This document shows positions 37,447 through 50,402 of a stretch of DNA of 64,000 nucleotides, in pieces. The DNA is from Chrysemys picta bellii (taxonomy: Eukaryota): positions 55,862,001 to 55,926,000 of the forward strand of contig NC_088796.1 in the NCBI RefSeq assembly GCF_011386835.1, in the 5' to 3' direction. Each line of letters opens with the position of its first letter. The first letter of the stretch is position 1. The position numbers and the translations under genes were made by a program. Under the pieces are notes generated by a model. It had not been told where the DNA came from, searched no databases, and was given only the letters and a program-made list of their open reading frames with translations.

Positions 37447-38639
37447 TTAGAGAGAAGAATGTGAGAAGGAGTTGACATAACATGCCAAGATGCCATTCTC
37501 AAAGAATGTGGTGCCTGGGACAGGAATTTAGATCTTTGGCTAAAAGTTGGTGAGTACTAGATGAAATAATTCTATAGTTGGAAATTACCGAAGAGACAGA
37601 ACAAAACACTTTTTTTCTCTTTGGATTTAATATTTTAAAGATTTATGTGAGTCAAATAGTTCAGAGTTCAAATGCTGGTCTTTGGGAACGATGTGTTCCA
37701 TTTTCAGACTTGGGAAACCAACAAGGTATTTCAGTGGTTTTTTTTATTATTATTACATTGCAATGCGCTGCAACATTGAGAATCCTAAAAAAATTAGTCA
37801 ATGTTTAGGCCCAAAAATTGACGTACTATTTTTATTACCAGATGCAGAAAGTCCTGTGTAGTGTAAATATCTACCTACAAGAAACAACAATTGGTGCTCC
37901 TTCTGCTGTCTTTGCAGGAATAACCAATTTATGAACAATCCCACAGCTGCAATGACATCATCATAAATTCAAATGTAAAAATAAAACTGTTTTGATAATG
38001 ATAAAGTGCTTTCTACTGGCAAATGGGAGCTGTTAAACAAAAATGAGCATATTAATTTTAGTTCCATTGAAAACACAGGGGAGGAGGGGAAATCAATGTT
38101 TGCCAAATTAATTTTAATTGACTGTCAAATAAACTCATTAGCCAGCATTAATAGAGTGCAGTGATCACATTAGGGCCATGAAATCTTAAAGGATCTCTGA
38201 TAGAAAAGGTCACTGGGAATGCATGGTTTAAGTGATTAAAGAGTTAGTTGACTTTGCTTTTAACAGCAATGAATTCAAACACAGACGAGATTTAGCTCTA
38301 GAAGTCAGTGTCTACTTGGTGTAGCCACCAAGGTAGAGCAAAGGCGATCTTGATTAAATATATTGAACTAGGGTGATTATGGCTACTGCAGTTGAAAGCT
38401 TCTGCAGATATTGATCCTGATGCTGAATTGTCTCTTCATTTCCTCTACATACAGATAAAATGAGGGAGGAAAACAAGTACCAGAATTCTTAGAATATTTT
38501 CCTACACATGTAAGAAAAAATATTAACTATGTTTCTATCATCTATCTACTGTTTATTTATATAATGTTTCACTGGTAAAGTACTGGTGAAGATTCTAGCC
38601 AGTTTTCATAAGGCCTGATTCTCCTCTCTGTCACACCTG

Positions 38640-39900
38640 TTTCTGGCTCACCAACAACTAAAACTCATCTTATGCTTAAGCTAACTTCTCTCCACTTCTG
38701 CCTTATTCCATTTCTGTTGATAATACCACCATCCCTCCATCATCCAGGCTCACATTTGACTCCTCTCTCTCCTCCTCTCATATCCAAGCCTTGAACAAAT
38801 CCTAGGTCTTCTTCCTCCACAAAATGTTGAAAGTATGGCCTTTCCAGTCTATCCCAGTGGCTAAGTCACTTGTTCTGCTCTGATCATCTTCTGCATTGAT
38901 TACTGAAAGCTCTTCTTCTAACCTCTCTTATAAATTGTATCACTTCTCTCCAATATAACCAGATTGCAGCAAACGTACCTCTTACTACGGTTGCCAACGT
39001 TCTAATTGCACAAAACTGAACACCCTTGCCTGACCCCATTCCCTGAGGCCCTGCCCCTACCTTGCCCCCCACTAACTCCATCCCCCCTCCCTCTGTCGCT
39101 CACTCTCCCCCACCCTCACTCACTTTCACCAGGCTGGGTCAGGGGGTTGGGGTGCAGGAAGGGTTGAGGGCTCTGTCTGGAGGTGCAGGCTGCAGGGTGG
39201 GGCCATAAATGAGGGGTTAAGGGTGTGGGAGGGGACTCTGAGCGGTGGCCAAGGTGTTCAGAGTGCAGAAGGGGGCTCAGGGCTGGGGCAGCAGGTTGGG
39301 ATGCAGGAGGTGGTGTGGGGTCTGTGGGGGCGCTTACCTCAGGTGGCTCCCGGAAGCAACCAGCATGTCCAGCTCCTAGGCAGAGGGGCCAGGGGTCTCT
39401 GTGCACTGCCAATGCCTACAGGCACCACCCCCACAACTCCCATTAGCCATTGTTCCCGGCCAATGGGAGCTCTGGAGCTGGCCCTCAGGGTGGGGTTAGC
39501 ATGTGGAGTCTCTGTGGCCGCCCCTGTGCCTAGGATGCCTAGGAGCTGGCTGCTTCCGGGAGCTGCGTGGAGTCAGGGCAGGCAGGGAGCCTGCCTTAGT
39601 CCCACTGCACCGCTGACTGGACTTTTAGTGGCTCGGTCAGTGGTGCTGACGCGAGCCATGAGGGTCCCTTTTTGACTAGGCGTTCCAATTGAAAACCGGA
39701 CGCCTGGCAACCCTACCTCTTACCCAAGTTTTAGATCAGATTACTTGTTTTCTCTTCCTTAGTTGAATCCCTTCACTATCTTAAACTTCTCATAATACTG
39801 ATCCTACTAGCAGTGCCACAAAAAGTCAACATCTTCTCTAGTACATATTATTCCTCATTAGTGAGAGCCCTGATCTATACCATACCTTATGTACTCACTG
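38640..39900 (+). mobile_element. L2 3' region relic, split by a hAT MITE
   Basis: catccaggctcacatttgactcctctctctc...atccaagcc...ttcttcctccacaaaat...gattactg typical of L2 ORF2 3' region; continues past 39723. Confidence 0.6.
38986..39715. mobile_element. hAT (Tip100-like) MITE with GC-rich core
   Basis: TIRs tacggttgccaac / cctggcaacccta; perfect 8-bp TSD cctcttac (38978-38985, 39716-39723). Confidence 0.92.
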
Positions 39901-41399
39901 AAAAACAAAGGAGGAAACTGGCAATTCAGGCATTATAACTATGGTGAGATGTCATCCTAGTCATCAGCCAAATCAAATATTTTGCTCTCCATCTCTGGAT
40001 GATCCTCCAACTTCTAAATGGCAACATAGTAGAGCTTATAAAAAGAGAACAACAACAGAGTGGAGTTCCTTTTGGGTTTAATGCATTGTCACAGCTCATC
40101 AGCAAAATGTATGTCACTGTTATTCAGCAGTTGTATTACTTCAGTGCCACCTAAAAATGAGTGTTTTCCACGGGCATGGGAAAAGACAATTTAATTTACC
40201 TGATCACTTTTGGGAAAAGCTTTGGTAAAGTTATTCACTTTAGCACCAGGGAGAAGTGGGGGAGTAGATTATCTATACTCTAGTGAACCTTAAATAAGGT
40301 TTGGGTTGGTTCTTATTATAACTTAATCAATTATATGACCTTATAAGAAGGTTAAATGATTGTGTATTTTAGATGCACCCTAATACTTATGAATTTTGCA
40401 ATATAGAGGACATTGATTTATGATTATTTCAATTCTTGTTTATGGAGAACTAGCAGTGTGCTTGGTACTATGATTATGGATCAAGTTCATAGACTTTGCT
40501 TTGAGAAAGGCTTGTGATCATGGATGAGCGACTGAGTCATTCACAGTATTATATCCTTAGACTGTACATTTGCTTTAAGTGCCCAATGGATACAAATTCC
40601 ATCTTGCAACCAGTCCATTTAAAAGAAAATCTAAGTTTTGACCCAGTGGTACTCAACATTTGAAACTGAAAATTTTCCCAATTAACATTAGTTGCATGGA
40701 AGAGAGTCAGCAAGTCGTTTTTTAAAGAACAGTGATACTGACCAAAACAGGGTCATTAACTATTGCAGGAAAATATAAACATGCGTTCATTCCTTCTTCT
40801 CATTAGTGATGATTGAAACTCAAAAGGCTTCATTTGGATAAGCCTGCACAATTTGTTCTGCTTACTCAAATTCTCAGAACCTCTTTAGGTCTGAAAATTT
40901 GATTGTGAATCTCTCGAAATAAGAACAAGCTTTCTGGCTACATTTTTGGTACATTCTGCTTCTGGTCATGCTAGAAGTACTCTGAGAACTCCTGCATTAG
41001 AGCATTTCAGAATGGGTGCCAACATGCCAATGCACACAAAGTGAAAAAATGGTGGGGGGATATATCCCTTTCAAATCCCTGAAAAGGTTTGCGGTTAGAT
41101 GGAACTTTTGATGAAGGCTCAGGCTGCTTTTCTAACTGATCAGTTGTTATCCCTGATTGACATTCACAAACTTTAAAATATATATGCTATATTTTAAATC
41201 AATTGAAAAGTATGTCCTTCATGCAGACATAGCTATCAGTGTCAGAACCAGGGGCTGTGGGGGACTTGCTCATCTTCAACAATTCTCCTGGCTAAAATAT
41301 AATAAATAGAGTTAAGGACGTTAGATGATTTTAATTTCTCCAAATCAGAGGCCTCATACCCAGCATGAGTCTCATGCAAGAAATTAATACATTGTAAAT

Positions 41400-41600
41400 G
41401 GGACAGTATTTGCCTAGTGGATGAAGCACTGGACTGGGATTCTGAAGACCTGGGTTTTATACCTGGCTTGCTATTAGCCTCCTGGGTAACCCTGGGTAAG
41501 TCACTTCACCTATGTACCTCAGTTTCCATTCTGTAAAATGAGAATGATACCTCCTTTGTAAAGTGCTTTGAGATTTACTGAGGAAAAAGCACTACCTATG
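41400..41600 (+). mobile_element. MIR-type SINE, near full length
   Basis: tRNA-like head gcctagtggatgaagcactggactggg...gacctgggtt; core gggtaagtcacttcacc...cctcagtttcc...tgtaaaatgag; tail gtaaagtgctttgagat. Confidence 0.85.
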
Positions 41601-43779
41601 AGTGAATTTCAGTGGGATTTGTGTGCCTAAGATTCCTTTGAAAACCTGAACTTTGGTAGACAAAATTATATAGCCCACTACCCTCTTGAGGATGAAACTG
41701 TTGCTCCCTGCAAGTTGAGGGTGGAGACGAATTCTATTCACTACAAACCCCAACGATTCCGTGCACCAAGACCCAAGGTTTGCGCAGGGGAGGTTGAAAT
41801 TGAACCAAGAGGTTCCTCTGTAATTTGTATAAAGCCATGAGCGATGTGCACAAAATTATAAAATATTAGAAATCTAAGTTCATGAAAACTGAGCTTCAGA
41901 AAAAGGTTTTTAAAAAAGAGAAATGGGTTTGAAACAACAGGAAATAGGTTCATAAAGATGAGATGGAATAGCACATATGCAGCTGTTTGTCATACAAAAA
42001 ATTCTTTTTGCAATGGGTGTATGATATCATTTGTTAAAAAATAATAGCAAAACCTATGTGCAAAGTATGGGCAAGGAGAAGCATCCGTTTTCCATATGAT
42101 GTGATAGTGCAGTGTTGTACAGACTTTTTGGAATGATTTTTGAATCAACTAGTGCTCTGCTCAGAACAACTCTCATTCACTCCTAAAATTTACCAACTTT
42201 TATAGGCATTATAGCAATACTATAATTCAGCATCATGCAGATGCCACTATTGGAGCTTGCTAACAAACTTATTATGATGTCTTAGACTATCAAATAAACC
42301 TCGGATCGATGAATCCCATTTGAGAACGTATTTTGGTCCATAATCATCATGCAGAACTTAGACAGATTTGAAGAAAAATGGACACCAGTTGATGTTTCAC
42401 CCCCGCACCCTCCAAGCAAATGATAGGTTTCCCATTTCCTTATTCTTATGAGTGAGGATAAATGTATTAGACACTCCTCCAGAAACTTGTTGAGGTTGCT
42501 CCAAAGGAAAATGTTGTCAGGTACATATTATTTAATTTAAAAAACTGATAGCAAGAGGTATTAACTATCTGCCCACTGGTAATAATTAAAACATAGCAGC
42601 TATTGAAGGTTGGATCTTGTAGAAAATACTAAATGGAGTGTAGTAAACACTAAACAGAGAAGTCATGAAAAGGGTACGTCCAGGAATGAGATCACAACAT
42701 CAAGATATGCTGCTCTGCCAAACCTCTAACATCTCACTCTCAGACTGTGCTCACAGATACAGGTGGCGCTCCCAGGAATAGTATGAAGAATGTAGAAGAT
42801 CTCTCTGGCTTAGGTTGATGAGCACTAATGAATACTTGTAACAATAACATACCACTGAATAAAAATTTCCCCTTGTTAAGTCATTCTTTAAAATGAGCTG
42901 GAGTTCAGTGTTTGTAAAGATACAAAACTACAGGTACAAAGAACTCTTTGCTAGTTTTCTAATATGGGTATAGGGATTCATAAAGGAAAACTGTTTTACT
43001 AAATTTGGAGTGATTTCCTTTGAATATATGATATGTTGGCCAGATGTGCCTTACGTCCTACCTGAATCACTTCTCATCTATCTATCATCAATTTTAACAC
43101 AGGATACAGCATGACTGGCAGACAATCTGGAATCAATCTGATTATCTTTAAAAAGCTGCTGAGAAGATTCAGAAGTTGCAAGGTCCTGAACTGTAAAGAA
43201 AATCTTGGAACTAACAACAAAGAAGAATTACAAAGAAAGACTAACTTCAGAGTCTGCTATCCTGTTGTGCAGGGTGTTATGTAGATGCCATCTTTCTGAA
43301 GCTGTTTGAATGGAAGAATGTCTGAATTGTTTGTTAGCACAACAAAACATCATTGCAGTTTTTAATTATCATTGTAATTTTCAAGAAGTAAGAAGTGGTT
43401 GCTTTATGGGCTTCATATGCAGCTCGGAAGGGGCTCTAAAAGCAGCTGCATTTGTTCATTGTATACCCCTAGTTTTTTGAGGATGTATCAGAAATTCTGT
43501 ATGTACTTCTCTAAAAGCCTGTGATAAAGGACTCATGTACCCCAGCTGGGGTAGTAAAGACACAAATTTAGTGTAAAGTAGTCCTATGCTATGAGGCTCT
43601 CAGATTCAGGCTGTCTCTCAACACATGCATGCTAGGTCATGCATGCAATGACTGTGGAATCTTTGGGATTTCCATTGTCAGCCAGTGAACAATGTTGCAA
43701 GAGGCCGCTTCTTAGTCAGAACAAGTAAATGTGCCCCAAATGAATGCTTTGTTAGAGAGGGGGCAAGAAAAAAAAACAT

Positions 43780-43960
43780 CAAACCTTTTGTGTCACACTT
43801 GTTCAGTATTGTTGTTGTTATCCATATCTGAAATAATAATTCTTGCATCCTATAGGTCTTCCATCCAAGGGTCTCAAAGTGCTTTTCCAACATCAATAAG
43901 CTAAGTCTTAAAACACTTTTGAGAGGCAGTGTTCTATCTATGTACCTCAGGGTTTTCTGT
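43780..43960 (-). mobile_element. MIR-type SINE tail relic
   Basis: ccatccaagggtctcaaagtgcttt...cacttttgagaggcag antisense tail. Confidence 0.5.
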
Positions 43961-45429
43961 AGTTCCTGTCACTGTAATTCTTCCCATTCAAATTAGAACA
44001 ACATAGCAAGGTTGGTAGTGGACCTCATGGAGTCTTCTGCTTTCCTGGTGAAGCAAGTTCAACTTGGGGTATTAATATTTTTAAACATATCATTCTGATT
44101 ACAGTCGATCAGATTATCAAAAAGAAGGTTCTTAAAAGTGGTAAGACTCTGAATTAGCTTCAATCTTATTGTTCTTTTTCATACTGATTGTTAACATAAC
44201 TCATAAGTGAATATTTGACTACCTAAAATTAAGCACCTAATAAAGGTCATGATTTTTGAGAGGTAAAGAGCACCTGCAGCCCTCATTGACTTCAACAGGA
44301 GTTGCAATGTAACTGAGAGCAGCGTTTGACCATAGGTGATTCGTGCATAGATGCTGTTATTGCTCACAGATCTTGTGGACTGTGAATACAAGATAGTAGA
44401 TCTGTTTAGTGGCTAGTCTGAGGACTCTGAAAATTTGGCCTTCTAAGTTCAGCTTTCCCATAAAAGTTAAACACTTTCTCTGGAGAGTCAAAGTTTTCTA
44501 TATTTCTTTCAATTTAAAATGGAAAGGGTGTAGGACCAAAAGTTGACTTACCTCTTAAAAAAATATTGCAAAGGACATGGGAGGAAGTAGGGGCACAGAC
44601 TTTTTTCTTTGTCACTTGCTCCATTGTGATCCAGTGATATACTGATGATGGGTAATAAGTAAAAGTCTTAGGATTTTGACCCATACATATTAATTACATT
44701 TGTTATAATCCTTTAACTCATCTTAAATAATTAAAGGTATGTAAGATGAAGGTTAAAACTGATCTCAGAATAGGTTGCTGGCTCAGTTTCCAAAAATGCC
44801 ATAATTTCCTCATGGTCACAAGAAGCTTTTCACTTAAGTTCTAATAGCTTGGTTCAATGTTTTGGATGATAAGGACAAGCCAGAATCCTTGACTAGACCC
44901 CATGCCTTGGCTATAACTGTATATTGTATGCCTTGCCTGAACGTATGGCCTGATCCTGTGAAATTCTGAGTATTTCTGACTCCCATTGAAATCAACGGAA
45001 ACATCTTTGTTCGAAGTGTCCAACACTTTGAAGGATCAGACTCTTAGCAAATATCATCCTCAGAAGAATGTACTGTGGAAAGTATTGCTTTTTTTGTACC
45101 AGAAACTCATTATTAGATTGGGAACTGTGGAGGAAATTGGACCACTTAACATACTTTGAACTGCTAGCTCCCATTTTACTTGCTCATTATAGCAATACTT
45201 TAGAAGCTGTTTTTTCACAGGTTTAGCATCATTTTCACTAGAAATGCACCAAACTTCTCTCCCCTCAACTAAACATCATAACCCGAGTCAGAAACCAAAA
45301 AATGTTTAAATATCAGGTTAAAATGTCCTTTTTCTAGTTTTTCAAACACTTCTCTTTTTGTCCATTGTTATTACTATGGCTCGGTAAAATCCCTTTCTGC
45401 CCTTTAGCAAGGGAACTCACAGCAACTCC

Positions 45430-45565
45430 ATAGCAAGGTGCCACTTCAACAAGGTACGTGAGTACATGCCTAACTTAAAGCACATGAGTCCTCTCAAGTC
45501 AATGGGACTATTCAATGGGCTTTAAGTTAGGTGCATGCTTAAGTCCCTTGCTGAATTCTGGCCTA
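45430..45565. mobile_element. Palindromic MITE relic
   Basis: catgcctaacttaaagc...aagtcaatgggact...gctttaagttaggtgcatg inverted arms. Confidence 0.6.
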
Positions 45566-48500
45566 AAACATGTTGACTAACACCACTGAGGATTTTTCTC
45601 TTTTTGGTGCTTCCTTTGAAGCACAAGTAAGAAATCTTATGTGTGAAAATATAAATTAAATTAAAACAGTAAGAAACTGAAGTGAGTATTTTTTTTTCCC
45701 CAAAAAGCAAATAAAAAAAGTCTTTCATGGAAGGTTATAAGCCCCATATTATTTGCCTGAGAGACTTTTCCAATCACTTGGGTAAACACAGAAGGTAGAC
45801 TTGTGTAAATACATATTTGGCTAAACATTGAAGCATTTTAAAGGCATATTTACCAAGTTAAATATATATTTTTGGTACCTGTAGTATACGTATTTTGGTA
45901 TGCTCCTGCAGAGTCATTACAGCCTATTGAGTAAACATGGCTACTGTAGGTATACAGTTTGGAAATGCACGTTGGAAAAAAAAATCTAATCAACCAAGGA
46001 CAAGCATTTAGACAGCTTATGAAATACAGAGTTTTAGCCAATTGACCATAATTCTTTCTTAGTTCAAGGTTATCAGAGCTCATACATTTGACAGATTCTT
46101 AAACACCATTAGTGACTAATATTTATTTTGACGCTGCCCATAGCAATAAGTTGATGTTATTAAAATGACTGAGTTATTTCATTCATAATAAGGAATTTGT
46201 ATTTTTATTGTTCTGAAATCCAAATGGTAGATCAGTGGCCTGCAAAATTTCATTTTAAATAAAGTCTGCGGGGTGATGAGTTTAAAAATGAAGACCTGTA
46301 ACCACCCTCTTGCTACTGCAAAAATCTGTGTCTAGAACACGAAACATGTCAGTGCAGAAGAAAACCTGAAATAAGATGTAAAACTGAAATGAATTCTGCA
46401 GGTTCTCTTTAAAATTCATTATCCTGCATACCGGAGGCTTATTTACAGTAAACTCCACCCTATTAAAAACACCCTATTTTGGGAGACAAATCTTTGGGAT
46501 CATTACAGGGCCATGTCCTACAATACAAATTGTGAGGGGGGGAATGATTAAAACATTGTTTATTCTTTTAATGTTTGACAACTGCAGCTTAACAGAGAAG
46601 CTACCAGAGGGGCTGGTAAAATCAAATAAAGATCTCAGGGAAAGACAAGACAGGGAGGTATGTTAAAAATCACAAGGGACAGCAATGGTTTAAAATTCCA
46701 AGCTGGCACTTCCCCTCTCTGACTATGTTATCTGCCCCTTTTATATCAAGTTAACATTAACACAGAACAGTTTTTACCTAAAATAATGGACTGATAATAT
46801 ATAAAAACACTGAACCAGTCTGAGTTTGAAGAGTATGAATGGCAGCACTGCAAATACTGCTGGTATGAACAAGTGAAATTTGAAAACAGAGAGATACCTC
46901 TAAACTAAACTAAACAGACACCTCATTTTCTTTGCTGTTTAGCAGTAGATAGTCACTAATACTTTTTAATTACAATTTTTATTAGTTTTATCCCATCCTT
47001 ATTTTATTCTGTGGCTAAGCTCCATCTTTCCATGTAAACTTCCTCTGGGAACACAAACTGCTGACTCCACATCTACTGACAGAAATGCCACAACATAAAT
47101 TAAGTCAGGAAAATGATGGTTTTTGGAGGGTGCCAAGCTAGATAAAAAGCCACTGTGCTCTTGCACAGTGTAAAACTGTCCAGCTGAGCACTGATAAAAT
47201 TTATCACAGGGGCACATATGAGTAGGCAGCTTAGAGAAGCTGTCTGTGGTAAAACGTGTAACAGCAAAATAGCTAATGGAGCATTGTTACTTAATAATAA
47301 AACCATGACCAAAAAACAACAACAACAAAAAAATAGCTGACGGGTTTACAGGCTGACTTTCTCCTTTGGACTTAGCAGTCTGTCAGCTGCTCTTTTATTC
47401 ACAGACAAGTAACAGTGAACAGTGAATAGTTCACCAAAGTTGTGAATTCTGCCTAATGGGGCCCCAAGGAACCAGTTTGTTTACATTGTATCATGAATAT
47501 TAGTGAAGAGCCAGACAGATTCAGATGCCAACCCAAGCCTTTGCCCAGAACTTGAAACAATCTGAACCTGAATCTCCCTTGTGGCTAAAAAAGTTCAATT
47601 CACTCTTTCTTTTGTTATTTACATGTTTGTGAATTTCAGGACTTCTTGGTTTCCTCTACAAGTGGAAATGCTGCAACAAAAATTGGTTTCAGAGTATTTC
47701 TGACACAGCCAAACCCAAATGTAGTTGAAATCTCACAAGAAAGTCTGTTCATGTGAGCTCTCCGGGCCAAAGAGATTTGGATAAATTCAGATAAGCTTAA
47801 AAATAAGCAGACTATTGAGTTTTCCAAATCAAACAAATGCATGTTTCAGGTTTCTCCTTCCAGCCATAGCAGCGGTTGCTATTCAGGAGAGGCACATACT
47901 ACACCTGGATACCTGGATGATGTATGTTTTAACTTAGTTCTCCAAGGTCTGGAATATGTAATACAAATCGAAATGACACATCTGGTGTCTGAAAATAATT
48001 CTGGATTAAAGGAACTCTTGGAAACAATAGTAAACTGCAAGACTAAGCAGTCACATGTGATAGTTTGTGATGGATCAGGAAGGATCAATAACTCACTTGA
48101 GTCTGTTCACTCCATCATGCAGTACTGATCCCACTCAGCAGACTGCTGATTCACTCTGTGATGGCCAGATTCTCCTCTCTCTTGTGCCACCATTTATACA
48201 TGAGCAAAGTGAGTGCAAAGTCAGAGTAAAACTCTACTAAATCAGAAAGGTAGCATTGTACACCTGCATTGCACATGTGTAAATTACTACATGAGGTGTA
48301 AGGCCCAGAGAGTTGAAATGAAAAGGAACAGAGGATTCATAAAAGCATACAAACTAAAGACCATTGCCAACATGCATATAGAAGAAAAAAAGACACCAAG
48401 AGAGGAAAAGTCAAAGGAAGCAAGAGAGAAAAAAATAGAACAAATCAGTTTTACAGCAAAGGGGAAGATAGAAAATACGTGGATTAGAAGGAAAAAATGA

Positions 48501-49827
48501 CAAGACTTTTCTCTCACATAGTGAAGCTGTCCTCAAATGCTGCAGAAAAGCCTTCACAAATAAAAGTGATGATTAATAATATGATAGCAAAGGAGAAAAT
48601 ATCTCCCCTCCCTTGACAGATGAGTAAAAGCTGAAAGAAAAACATTTTAATGCAGAAGGTAAAAGGAAAAACATCAACCCAGCCCTTAAACATAGAGGGA
48701 ATAACCCTTCAGGTGTATCATTTGAAGGCAGATGTGAAAAAGAATTAAAATATTTAACATGCTCAGAAAGTCATTTTGGGACTTGTCCCCAAATTTTACT
48801 CTGAATGCCGTTTGTGAGCTAGGCACAGTTCTAAGAGGAGTGGCCATCCCTGCATTTCAAGTGGTACAGGTCAATGTTTCTTCACACAAAATGATAAGCT
48901 CCTGCACAGTGGGTACTTGGCCAGCACTGAGCACATTTGGAGTGAAGTCTCTCATTCAGTATTTGTTCTATAGGGCCTAGATTCCCCTAAACTGGTGCAG
49001 AATAATGTAATTTACATCTCAGTGCTCTATAGGGAGATGCAGCCCGGTCCCAAACGGTTTACAATTTAAAAAAGTAGAAACTGTGCTGAATAAGGCTTTC
49101 ATTTTCTCAGTATAACTCACGTGAAAACAAATTGTGCTTCGGGACAGATACTCCTGTATGTCTGTAAGCCAACGCTATGTGACACATTGTCCTTGCTTTC
49201 TAAAGTAGGCCTCATCTCACTTTTAATGTGTGAAAGGAGAGATTATTCAACACAGTGGTAGACACATTTCTGTTCTCAAGAACACTGTGATATCATTAAT
49301 CTTCTGGCAAGTCTGCAAAGGCAGGTTATGTGACTGCAAGTATTTTGCAAGGCTATAAATAAAGTTTAAAGAGAGAAAGAGACAGAAAGAAAACATGTTT
49401 TCCTAGAGCTCCTATTGCTACAATACGGCCCACATTAACTGTGCAATAACTTACTAGTCATAACACTTCTAAAATCCTCCTTATGGCTTTTCAACATCTG
49501 TCCAGAAAAATGGGGCATAAAACAGAATTCTAAGCTTGTTACACAAATGTTCTAATACAGTTTAAAACAGTCACTTTATCAAATGATATGGAAAGCAGAA
49601 TTATCATATTCAGTTTCTCTCTGTGTGTGTGTGTGTGTATTTATAAAGAGAAAACAATAGTATGAAATGGTATGAAAGTTTTATCAGCAAGAGTTTGTGA
49701 TAGCCATATCATTAGTCACAAGTGAAGAAGCTACAAGGTCATCTTAAATGGGTGCCTATAGTAGCTTTATACCTCCTCATCAAGTATTCTGTATATGCCA
49801 CATACATTTTTAATAATCTCTTTTGGA

Positions 49828-50402
49828 AATCATAGAAATGAAGGGCTGGAAGAGACCTCCAGAGGTCATCAAGTCTAGCCCCCTGCACTGAGACAGGACC
49901 AAATAAACCTAGATCATCCCTGAGAGGTGTTTGTCCAACTTGTTCTTAAAAACCTCCAACAATGGGGATTCCACAACCTCCCTGGGAAGCCTGTTCCAAA
50001 ACAGAAATACCCTTACAGGTAGAAAGTTGTTCCTAATATCTAACCTAAATCTCCCTTGCTGCAGATTAAGCCCATTACTTCTTATCTTGTCTTCAGTGGA
50101 CGTGGAGAAACGCCATTCTCTTTGTAACAGCTCTTAATATATTTGAAGACTATTATCAGGTCCTTCCTCCATCTTCTTTTCTCAAGTCTAAACATGCCCA
50201 TTTTTTTTAACAATCCCTTATGGGTCAGGTTTTCAAAAAACTTACATTTTTGTTGCTCTTCTCTTGTCTCTCTCCGGTTAGTCCATATCTTTCCTAAATT
50301 TTGATGCCCAGAACTGGCCCCAGTACTCCATCTTAGGCCTCACCAGTGCCAAATAGAGCAGGATAATTACCAACCATGTCTTACATATGACTCCTGTTAA
50401 TA
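49828..50402 (-). mobile_element. CR1 LINE 3' portion
   Basis: aatcatagaaatg...ggaagagacctccagaggtcatc tail; ggggattccacaacctccctggg; cccagaactgg...cagtactcc ORF2 3' motifs in antisense. Confidence 0.9.

Noticed and set aside
40806-40894. C/D-box snoRNA-like spacing (GTGATGA...CTGA); similar case at 52088-52155
   Set aside because: No terminal stem, no convincing C'/D' boxes and no identifiable rRNA/snRNA antisense element.
42761-42770. AGGTGGCGCT partial CTCF core
   Set aside because: The 5' half of the motif (CCASY) is missing.
43626-43645. Two adjacent TGCATG (RBFOX) hexamers
   Set aside because: No supported alternative exon nearby; the hexamer is common and near-palindromic.
47640-48520. 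Cluster of 68-95 aa ORFs and exon-like AG...GT segments, including a hydrophobic 76-aa minus ORF
   Set aside because: Hydrophobicity follows from the A-rich + strand; no homology recognised; open-frame lengths are within chance expectation.
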